DNA of 64,000 bases, from NCBI GenBank assembly GCA_963708295.1, contig CAVPSJ010000004.1:288001-352000 (forward strand), given 5' to 3'. The notes under the pieces are model-generated. The model was not told the DNA's origin, ran no database searches, and worked only from the letters and a program-made list of their open reading frames with translations. Made by a program: the position numbers and the translations under genes. This document shows, piece after piece, positions 10,481 to 19,077 of the stretch (position 1 is the first letter of the stretch; every line of letters starts with the position of its first letter). This DNA is from an uncultured delta proteobacterium. Lineage in GTDB: Bacteria; Desulfobacterota; BSN033; UBA1163.

Positions 10481-11312
10481 AAACCCAGTCGTTGACGCTC
10501 TTCAAATCTTGAAGAAGGTGGCAGACTCCTTAGGCGTCAACTTTTTCGTGGTTGGTGCCTCCGCCAGGGATTTCATCCTCAGACACCAGTACGGTATCGA
10601 GCCTCGAAGAAAGACCGGGGACATCGATTTAGGAGTGGAGGTTGCAAGCTGGGAACAATTCAAGACGTTGTTCGAGTCACTGATTTCAACAGGCCAGTTT
10701 TCTCCTGCTTCCGAAAGGCATAGGTTACGCTGTGGAACCGTTCTCATAGATATTCTCCCCTTTGGTCCTATCACCGACGAGGACAAGAAAATCAGTTGGC
10801 CTCCAGAACACGAGATCATTATGAGTATGGTAGGTTTCGAAGAGGCTTATGAACATTCGATAACCGTCAGAGTAAGCTCTGATCCCGATCTCGATATCAA
10901 ATTGGCCACCTTGCCTGGCTTGGCAATCATGAAGCTTGTTTCCTGGAAAGAAAAATATCCGGACCGAAAAAGGGATGCCGAAGATTTACTGCTCATTATG
11001 AATAAGTACGAGGAAGCTGGAAATTCCGAGCGATTGTATGAGGAGGACTTGCCATTGCTCCAAGAAGAGGGGTTTGATACAACATTAGCCGGTGCTCGGT
11101 TGTTAGGCCGCGACATGGCCAAAATATCCGACTCAAAAACATTCCTGATTGTCAAAGAAATCTTGGATGACGAAACCAAGGAGACGAGTCAATACAAATT
11201 GATTTCGGATATGATGAGGGAGGCTGGTATGTCCGATACGAGGTTTGACGGAATACTGGCCCAGCTAACGAAGCTTAGAGAAGGGTTCGTCGAGGTCGGA
11301 GAAAAACCCTAA
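10443..11312 (+). CDS. AbiEii/AbiGii-family nucleotidyltransferase toxin
   Basis: VVGASARD...TGDIDLGV Pol-beta-like NTase motif, KLVSW...RDAEDL; overlaps the abiEi 3' end. Confidence 0.85.
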   Translation: MTNIFLNLSGKIENPVVDALQILKKVADSLGVNFFVVGASARDFILRHQYGIEPRRKTGDIDLGVEVASWEQFKTLFESLISTGQFSPASERHRLRCGTVLIDILPFGPITDEDKKISWPPEHEIIMSMVGFEEAYEHSITVRVSSDPDLDIKLATLPGLAIMKLVSWKEKYPDRKRDAEDLLLIMNKYEEAGNSERLYEEDLPLLQEEGFDTTLAGARLLGRDMAKISDSKTFLIVKEILDDETKETSQYKLISDMMREAGMSDTRFDGILAQLTKLREGFVEVGEKP

Positions 11313-11336
11313 ATAAGTAATCAGGGGTGAAAAAAT

Positions 11337-11425
11337 TGGTGCCGGAGGTCGGAATCGAACCGACATGGGGTTGAAGCCCCGCGGGATTTTGAGTCCCGTG
11401 CGTCTACCAGTTTCACCACTCCGGC
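11337..11425 (-). tRNA. tRNA-Leu(CAA)
   Basis: GCCGGAG acceptor stem, GGGA-CT-CAA-AA-TCCC anticodon arm, long variable arm, GGTTCGATTCC, encoded CCA. Confidence 0.97.
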
Positions 11426-11561
11426 ACAGAAATTCAATATAAGAAAAACTGCTCATATGTCAAATCTAAAATGTCAATTCATCCCCTAGACATTGGCCAT
11501 TTAGGACGAATTGACAATTTTTCCGACTTGATGTTATTTTGCACTGTGTTAATAAATTCGT

Positions 11562-11637
11562 GGGGCTGTAGCTCAGCTGGGAGAGCGCTTGAATGGCATT
11601 CAAGAGGCCGACGGTTCGATCCCGTTCAGCTCCACCA
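11562..11637 (+). tRNA. tRNA-Ala(GGC)
   Basis: GGGGCTGTAGCTCAGCTGGGAGAGCG, CTTGA-AT-GGC-AT-TCAAG, GGTTCGATCCC, CCA end; 76 nt. Confidence 0.97.
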
Positions 11638-11660
11638 TTTCAACTCACTTAATTGATAGA

Positions 11661-11713
11661 GGGAGAGCGGTCGAATCGACAGGCCGACGGTTCGATCCCG
11701 TTCAGCTCCACCA
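11661..11713 (+). repeat. tRNA-Ala-derived repeat 1 (anticodon arm replaced by GTCGAATCGAC)
   Basis: GGGAGAGCG and AGGCCGACGGTTCGATCCCGTTCAGCTCCACCA are identical to the tRNA. Confidence 0.9.
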
Positions 11714-11732
11714 TTTAACCTCTTTCATTCCC

Positions 11733-11978
11733 ATGCCCTACTTTGTTTATGTCCTCAGGAGCGAATCAGCTGATTCTTCTTACGTAGGTCACACTGCCAA
11801 TCTTGAGAAAAGACTTGTTGAACATAACAATGGTAAAAGCTTATCAACGCGAGGGAAAAGACCATGGCGGCTCGTTTACAAGGAAGAATATCATACACGG
11901 TCTAACGCTGCTTCAAGGGAAAGGTATTTCAAATCCGTTGAAGGTAGATTAGAACTGAGAGCAAAAGGGATATTGTAG
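11733..11978 (+). CDS. Small GIY-YIG nuclease (UPF0213/YhbQ-like)
   Basis: YFVYVL...YVGHT.NLEKRL.EHN...TRGKRPW.LVY.E...RE.YFKS; ATG at 11733. Confidence 0.9.
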   Translation: MPYFVYVLRSESADSSYVGHTANLEKRLVEHNNGKSLSTRGKRPWRLVYKEEYHTRSNAASRERYFKSVEGRLELRAKGIL

Positions 11979-12001
11979 CTTTTCCAGTCTTAAACTCAAA
12001 A

Positions 12002-12073
12002 GGGAGAGCGGTCGGATCGACAGGCCGAGGTCGGTTTCGACTCGTACCGAGTCGATCCCGTTCAGCTCCACCA
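12002..12073 (+). repeat. tRNA-Ala-derived repeat 2, with an extra palindrome in the T-arm
   Basis: GGGAGAGCGGTCGGATCGACAGGCCGA...TCGACTCGTACCGAGTCGA...TCCCGTTCAGCTCCACCA. Confidence 0.9.
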
Positions 12074-12259
12074 TTTAATCTTTCTTGCCTGTCATTCCCT
12101 GCTTTACAGACTTCCTCAAGAGTCGTCGAGAATACCTTCCTGATTGTGTTCTTATTGGATTTCATCCCCCCATGCGCCAGTTTACAGGAATGGCTCGTCA
12201 CGGACTGTCAACCTCTTCGAATTGAGGCAAAGACTTAAAGATCATTGACTGGAAAGGAA

Positions 12260-12297
12260 CGCTGAGAACCCGCCTTACTCAAGGCGGATTCTCAGCG
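12260..12297 (-). terminator. Strong hairpin, probable terminator of the sigma54 transcript
   Basis: CGCTGAGAACCCGCCTT-ACTC-AAGGCGGATTCTCAGCG. Confidence 0.55.
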
Positions 12298-12368
12298 GCT
12301 AGGGGTTGAAATGAGGAGGAAGAGAGATGGATGGTTCTTCACTGCCAAAATAACGCTAAGAACTGCAT

Positions 12369-12488
12369 TCAATCCGACTCAATGTTGCCTGATTTTGCGG
12401 ATCCGATTTTAATAATCCCCTCTAGAACGATCAAAACAATTATGAAAACGTTAATGAGGGCAAGTTCAGTTGCTGTTGGACTGACCAT
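12369..12488 (-). CDS. Small hydrophobic protein (39 aa), absent from the ORF track
   Basis: MVSPTATELALINVFIIVLIVLEGIIKIGSAKSGNIESD; SD GAAAGGGGG; sigma54 motif upstream. Confidence 0.5.
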   Translation of the reverse strand: MVSPTATELALINVFIIVLIVLEGIIKIGSAKSGNIESD

Positions 12489-12525
12489 ATATATCCCCCT
12501 TTCACTGCATTTGACAGTTTAAAAA

Positions 12526-12541
12526 AGCACATTCCATGCCA
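12526..12541 (-). promoter_or_regulatory. Sigma54 (-24/-12) promoter
   Basis: TGGCATGGAATGTGCT with correct GG-N10-GC spacing. Confidence 0.65.
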
Positions 12542-12775
12542 AAATGCTGGATTTCTCAACACTTCGGAATCAATAAGAATTTTAGGATTCGGGGGATGTG
12601 AATTTGGTCGCTAAATAAGAAAAAATTTCACATTTTTTTGGGGAATACCGGGAAATCGCATTAACGGATAGAAAAGTAAGAAGAAATTCAATTGACACAA
12701 TAAGTCACTCATCGTTCATGAGTGTGCATATCATGACGGACGGTTCTCGAAAGAGAAGGACGGAATAAGTCGAGT

Positions 12776-13270
12776 TTATTTGGTGAGATTTCTTTTCTCT
12801 TCCATCTGGCGGTCGAGGTTCGTCAGTCTTTCGATTCTCTCTCTCATTTTATTATTCAACTCTTTCAGCCCGGCCACCTCATCCTGCAGGCTTTTGTTCG
12901 TCTTCTGCACCTTTTCCAGAGTGGTCTGCAACTTCCCGACTTCTCTTAGAACGGTAAGCCAGTTCTGAATGTCGTCTGTTTTCTCCTCCGTCGGTGCAAG
13001 AGAGACATAGCTTTCCATTTCCTGGAGGGCTCGATTGTAGTTTAATTGGGGGTTTTTATGATTCACATAGAGAAAAGCGAGGCGCAGGTGAGATCGTGCC
13101 CGAACGGAGGCATCGGGATCCTCGCGAGCGAGCTTCCCTAAGCGGGTACTCTCCTGGGAGAATTCCTTTCCTCCTTCCGGTTTCTTTAGTCCCTCCCGGC
13201 CGCAACTTGCCACGAAAAAAAACAGGAGAAAAATGCAACTCCACCGAATGCGATGAAATCCTGAATCCAT
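12776..13270 (-). CDS. Helical/coiled-coil lipoprotein
   Basis: Lipobox FVASC; C-terminal coiled coil ending IERLTNLDRQMEEKR. Confidence 0.75.
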   Translation of the reverse strand: MDSGFHRIRWSCIFLLFFFVASCGREGLKKPEGGKEFSQESTRLGKLAREDPDASVRARSHLRLAFLYVNHKNPQLNYNRALQEMESYVSLAPTEEKTDDIQNWLTVLREVGKLQTTLEKVQKTNKSLQDEVAGLKELNNKMRERIERLTNLDRQMEEKRNLTK

Positions 13271-13311
13271 GTCTCCCCCTCTCATTTTCTCCAGGAAAGC
13301 GGCAGCCTGTT

Positions 13312-14679
13312 TCAGTCTGCCCCCCCCGAGGTGCTGTCCTTGCGCCGATTCACCACCAGCATGCTATGGGAAAAAGACTTGGCATAATTTTTTAGTTCCG
13401 CCGCGATCTCTCCGATTTGGATATGGCTCTTCAGATTGTAGTATCGGTTGGTGACCACGGCGATGGCCAGGGTCATGATGGGAAAGGAGACTTTCTGCCC
13501 TTGTCGTGTCTCCCCTTGGATATAACCCTTCTCCCGGTCCTCCAAGTCGTAAAAATCCAGGACCATCCTATCAAAGGCATCAATGGTGGCAAGACAAATT
13601 TTCTCATACTTTTCAGCTGAGGTGATCAGGACGAAATCATCTCCTCCGATATGCCCGACGAAGGATTCTTCGTCTCCCTGGCCCTTGACGACTTCAGTCA
13701 TGATTTTAGCCGTCGCCTGGATCACCTCATTGCCCCTGGCATATCCGTACCGATCGTTAAACGCCTTGAAGTGGCTCAAATCGAGCTGGCAAAAAGCCAG
13801 TGAACTTTCTTCCTTCAATCGCTTATTCAGGACATTTTCGATGGCATTGCTGCCAGGAAGGTGAGTGAGGGGGTTGGCGTCAAGAGACATCTCCTCCAGG
13901 CGCTTCAACCGCTGGGCCATCAGTTGAACAGCCTGGGATAAATCTCCCAGTTCATCCTGGTTGTGAACTTCGGGAAGATGGTCGAACTTCCCTCCCGATA
14001 TTTCCCAGGTGGAAAGTTTCAACTGATTGATCGAGCGGGAGATGTTGCGGGTAAGAATCAGGGCAATGAGGACTCCAAGAACGAGGCCCCCCAGACTCAA
14101 TCCCGCGGTTAGCCAAAACGCGGAATGACCAATGCTGAGAGTCTCCAGACTTTTCTCGTTCTGGTCCGCCCTGGCATCACGAGCGATCTCTTTCACCAGT
14201 TGAATTTGTTCTTCCAGCTTTCTTCTGACTTGCCGATCATGGTGCTCGATCGCCTGGGAAGAAACATTTTCCCCCTGGTCCAATCCTGATGCGAAAAGAT
14301 CATTATACTCTTTGTGGAGGGCGGTCAGTCGATCGAGCGGAAGACCGGAGGTTTCTGGAAGGCGGGCGATCTCCCGAAGGAAGTTTTCGAATTCCTCACT
14401 TCTTTTCCAGAAGAGCGCCTCCATCTCTGAACTCTTAAGGATGGCGGAGCGACGCCCGTAAAGTTCCTGGGCCAGCAAGGCCTCGATCATTTTATCGCCG
14501 ATTTCTACCAGGGGAATATCGCGATTGATAATCCGATTGTTGATTTCATTCAACTGTTGGAGGCTGGAGAGGGCGATCAGGGCGATGAGGATGGTCAAGA
14601 TCCCGTAGGATACAAACCCAAGGAGCAATTTCCTGGCGATCGTCAGACGGAAAAACCGATGCATGACCTTTTTCATCAA
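13312..14679 (-). CDS. Membrane diguanylate cyclase (periplasmic sensor-HAMP-GGDEF)
   Basis: Two TMs, HAMP (DELGDLS), DANPLTHLP, FKAFNDRYGY, HIGGDDF. Confidence 0.9.
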   Translation of the reverse strand: MMKKVMHRFFRLTIARKLLLGFVSYGILTILIALIALSSLQQLNEINNRIINRDIPLVEIGDKMIEALLAQELYGRRSAILKSSEMEALFWKRSEEFENFLREIARLPETSGLPLDRLTALHKEYNDLFASGLDQGENVSSQAIEHHDRQVRRKLEEQIQLVKEIARDARADQNEKSLETLSIGHSAFWLTAGLSLGGLVLGVLIALILTRNISRSINQLKLSTWEISGGKFDHLPEVHNQDELGDLSQAVQLMAQRLKRLEEMSLDANPLTHLPGSNAIENVLNKRLKEESSLAFCQLDLSHFKAFNDRYGYARGNEVIQATAKIMTEVVKGQGDEESFVGHIGGDDFVLITSAEKYEKICLATIDAFDRMVLDFYDLEDREKGYIQGETRQGQKVSFPIMTLAIAVVTNRYYNLKSHIQIGEIAAELKNYAKSFSHSMLVVNRRKDSTSGGAD

Positions 14680-14877
14680 TCGTCCATCTTGTTCTTGCTT
14701 GTTTTATGTTAGCACAAACATAAATTCGAAAACAGTGTTGAATCGCCTCCTATGAAAGCTAACGCAGTCCGGGACCGGCGTCGGTATCTAGATTTCTGAT
14801 GAAGGTCGAGGAGGATGGACGACACACCGGGTTGGTTTCCGGATCATCTTGCTGTCTCGGTTCGGCTAACCCAGTCG

Positions 14878-15264
14878 TCAGGAAGCGTAGGATGTTGTTT
14901 GATCGAAGTTTGTTAAGAAATTTTTCAAAACAGTTATATTCGGCTGAGAGATGTCTTCAAATCTCACCCCCATTCGATAATCCCACGTCCAATCCTTCTT
15001 CAGATGAATATCCATCCAAACGACCCGGACGACCGCCTCAATCATATTTAATCCAGATTGAAGAGGAAAAAATAATTTCAACACCAGGTGGTGACCAATG
15101 TCCATTTTTTCAGGAAGGCAGATCATCAATCCTCCTTCACTGGCATTGGCGACCCGACCGTGTTTGAAGAAGAGGTTGGTTCTGCTATATTTCACCGGCA
15201 AATCGATATCGGATCTTGGAAACTTTCTTTTCTCTGGGACGAGAGCATTTTCCATGAACGCCAT
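14878..15264 (-). CDS. PilZ domain protein
   Basis: EKRKFPR (RxxxR) and NASEGG motifs, MGVRF; SD GGAG before ATG 15264. Confidence 0.85.
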   Translation of the reverse strand: MAFMENALVPEKRKFPRSDIDLPVKYSRTNLFFKHGRVANASEGGLMICLPEKMDIGHHLVLKLFFPLQSGLNMIEAVVRVVWMDIHLKKDWTWDYRMGVRFEDISQPNITVLKNFLTNFDQTTSYAS

Positions 15265-15304
15265 TCTCCTTACTCCGATTTGATTTGATTTTGCATTACT
15301 TAAT

Positions 15305-15320
15305 AGCAAGAATTATGCCA
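15305..15320 (-). promoter_or_regulatory. Sigma54 promoter of the PilZ gene
   Basis: TGGCATAATTCTTGCT, near consensus. Confidence 0.75.
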
Positions 15321-15577
15321 GAGATAGTTTGTCCGCCTAAGACTGATAACTATTTAAAATCTAAAGCTTAATTTTAGATGCAGTTGCCCGCAAGGGTTGA
15401 AATGGGCCTTCGCCGAACGTGACATATTGTCGAAGATAAAACGATTTTTGGCCGCGTGGAGAGCCACCCTGGAGCCCCTGAGACAGGGGATAAGTATGAT
15501 CTGTCTCCTATTTTATTGCCTTCTCGTTGAAAATGAGTCCTTATTCAATTATGATTGTCCAAAGAAACGAGGAACGG

Positions 15578-16213
15578 ATGCAAGAGAAGGCAAACCCAAA
15601 GATCTCAGCCGATTCTTTCTATTGGGATAAACTCTCTCAATTTCATCCAACCGATGTGTGTCACCGCACAGAGGCCATCTATCATCCTGGCCGAGAAGGT
15701 TTTCTTTTGCCCGTTTATAACTTGCGTTACCTCATCCTCCCGAAAGAAAGAGAAATTCTGAGGATGGAGTGGAATGATAAACCTGTTCGGGAGACACTTC
15801 GTCCCTATTTCTCCCTGATGGTCCTCGTGTATCTGACGGAGGCCAAAGACCTCAAACCCACCCACACCTGGATCAGCGAGAAAGACCTGAAGGGAGGACC
15901 CACCTTTTTTCGGGGTCCTCATCGCCTTGAAGTTGAAGAGCTGATCCACCTTTTTGGAGACAATCCGGAGGCCTTTCTTAAGGCAGGCGAGAAGATCGGA
16001 GGAAGCGAGATCCTTTTCGGAGACAAGGGATTTGCCCTACACGTATTTCCAAAAGTTTTTCTTGCTTATATTCTATGGAAAGGGGACGAAGAATTTCCTC
16101 CCAAGATCAGTGTGCTATTTGATTCTACCATCGAGTCCCACTTCCCTTTGGATGTCCTATGGTGCATGGTGGCTGAAACGAGCCGTCGCCTCACCGGACG
16201 CGCCTCTGTATAA
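15578..16213 (+). CDS. DUF3786 family protein
   Basis: WISEKDLKGG.FF, WKGDEEFPP...LFD motifs. Confidence 0.75.
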   Translation: MQEKANPKISADSFYWDKLSQFHPTDVCHRTEAIYHPGREGFLLPVYNLRYLILPKEREILRMEWNDKPVRETLRPYFSLMVLVYLTEAKDLKPTHTWISEKDLKGGPTFFRGPHRLEVEELIHLFGDNPEAFLKAGEKIGGSEILFGDKGFALHVFPKVFLAYILWKGDEEFPPKISVLFDSTIESHFPLDVLWCMVAETSRRLTGRASV

Positions 16214-16321
16214 TCAGCTCTGATGTCGCAAAAAAAGCGAGGCCTGTGGACACCGGCAAATTCCGCCGCGGCAGGATTTGTCCAGTTTCGTTTCTGCAAG
16301 GGCTGGTTAAGAAAGCATCGA

Positions 16322-16502
16322 GTGAAGCTCCCTGCCCACCGGGCGGGGCCGTTCGACAGAGTTCACGGCCCTGAGCATGTCGAATGGACTTCCCGGGCAC
16401 GCAGTGGAGAGCAGAATGCGAGTAAAGGAAGTTTCGTCCATAGGGTGCCCCTTCATCCCGCCTATCCCGCTACGGCGGGAGGGGGAACGTTCCGGCCAAG
16501 GG
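16322..16502 (+). repeat. Dispersed structured repeat, copy A (with nested REP-like insert)
   Basis: TGAAGCTC...GGGCGGGGC...CTTCCCGG...GTGCCCCTT...ACGTTCCGGCCAAGG, shared with 27847 and 58019. Confidence 0.8.
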
Positions 16503-16592
16503 ACGCTGGCGGACACCTGCAAAGAATGGGGAGGAACGAGCCACGCCGGTAATGAATTCCCTTGAATCCATTTAAAGTATTTGTTAGTATGA

Positions 16593-17660
<1,068 letters not shown>

Positions 17661-17665
17661 GATTG

Positions 17666-18553
17666 ATGAGGATACGTGATTTTTTCCTCTCCCGCAGGTA
17701 CAGCCTTTTTATTATCGTCACCCTCCTTTTGCTGTTTGCCCTCGTCCTGATGTCATTGAGGGCGAAACAGCGAAGGGGCGTGGAGTTTTTCGACGCCCTC
17801 TCGATGGAAATTTGTTCTCCGTTGCAAAAAGCCTCCACGGTCATCATTAAGACGGTCCAAGAACCCTTCCGAAAATATGTTTTTTTGGTTGGCCTCGAAA
17901 GAGAAAACAGGATGCTCAAGCAGAAAATCGCCGAACTTCAGGAAGAGAACAACCGGGCAAAGGAAATGCGGTTGGCCGTGGACCGGTTGAAGCAACTTCT
18001 CCAGTTTCGGCGGGAAAACTCCCTTGCCATGATCGGGGCTGAAGTCATCGGCCAAGACCCTTCTTCTTGGTTTAAGAGTGTGACCATTGACAAGGGGGAA
18101 CGGGACGGAGTGAAAAAGGGAATGGCGGTGATCTCGTCGGCGGGGGTCATTGGCCAGATCCTAAAAACCGCTCCCCGTTATGCGACGGTTCTTCTCATCA
18201 CTGATTACAACAGCGCGATTGATTCCATTGTCCAGAGAACTCGCGCAAAGGCCATTGTTGAAGGGAAGGGAGAAAACCGTTGCCAGCTCAAGTACCTTCT
18301 TCGAACCGAAGAGGTCGCTGTCGGGGATTCCGTCGTCACCTCGGGGCTGGCCGGGAATTTTCCAAAAGGGTTCATGGTGGGTGAGGTCAGGAAAGTGGAC
18401 AAGAAGGGGCACGGCGTTTTCCAATACGCTGAATTGGTACCCAGTGTGGATTTCACAAAGCTGGAAGAAGTCTTCGTCGTCATGGAGCCCATCCTGCCGC
18501 CGCCGCCTCCCAAAGAAGAAAAAGCAAAGAAGGGGAAGAAAATCAAGAAATGA
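17666..18553 (+). CDS. mreC: Rod shape-determining protein MreC
   Basis: TM plus coiled coil, IDKGERDGV, VVTSGL.G.FPKG; follows mreB. Confidence 0.95.
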   Translation: MRIRDFFLSRRYSLFIIVTLLLLFALVLMSLRAKQRRGVEFFDALSMEICSPLQKASTVIIKTVQEPFRKYVFLVGLERENRMLKQKIAELQEENNRAKEMRLAVDRLKQLLQFRRENSLAMIGAEVIGQDPSSWFKSVTIDKGERDGVKKGMAVISSAGVIGQILKTAPRYATVLLITDYNSAIDSIVQRTRAKAIVEGKGENRCQLKYLLRTEEVAVGDSVVTSGLAGNFPKGFMVGEVRKVDKKGHGVFQYAELVPSVDFTKLEEVFVVMEPILPPPPPKEEKAKKGKKIKK

Positions 18554-19074
18554 GACGGTTTCTTTTGCTTCTTCTCGCAGGAATTCTTCTTCTGATCGTT
18601 CAAACGACCTGGCTGTCCCTCTTTCCGATTCAAAGGATGCGGCCGGACTTCCTCCTCATCTTCACCCTCTACCTGGCCTTTTTATTTCCGCCGTTTCTCG
18701 GCGGAATCCTGGCATTTTTCATGGGATATCTTATGGATCTGTTTTCCGGGAACACCCTGGGCCTTTACGCCTTCTCCCGAACGCTTGTTTTTTTTGCGAC
18801 TCAATTTCTTAAAGAACGATTTTATCTCGAAGGATTCTCCTTCCAGTTTCTTTTCGCCTTCGCCTTCAGTTTCGTGGAAGGGGGTCTTCTCCTCGTCTTG
18901 ATCAATGGCCCTGAACCCGCCTCCTTCGAAAACCTTTTAATCTCATTGCTCACGTTCCTCCTCCCCCGATCACTGGGTACCGCTCTGGCCGCTCCCTTCT
19001 TCTTTTCCCTTTTCCAAAAGGGGATGTCGTACTTCATTTCTCAGCCGGAGCAGGGAATAAAGGCAAGGGGATAG
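18550..19074 (+). CDS. mreD: Rod shape-determining protein MreD
   Basis: Hydrophobic, RPDFLLI, GYLMDLFSG; operon position. Confidence 0.9.
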   Translation: MRRFLLLLLAGILLLIVQTTWLSLFPIQRMRPDFLLIFTLYLAFLFPPFLGGILAFFMGYLMDLFSGNTLGLYAFSRTLVFFATQFLKERFYLEGFSFQFLFAFAFSFVEGGLLLVLINGPEPASFENLLISLLTFLLPRSLGTALAAPFFFSLFQKGMSYFISQPEQGIKARG

Positions 19075-19077
19075 GCG

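Noticed and set aside
11589-11732. N-terminal extension of the GIY-YIG ORF
   Set aside because: It overlaps tRNA-Ala and its repeat; the domain starts at ATG 11733
11562-12076. CRISPR array
   Set aside because: Only three units, tRNA-derived, irregular spacing with a gene between them, and no cas genes
12339-12371. Selenocysteine read-through of the small ORF's TGA
   Set aside because: No redox motif context and no convincing SECIS-like hairpin immediately downstream
16223-16552. 109-aa ORF upstream of mreB
   Set aside because: It is mostly the translation of dispersed repeat copy A
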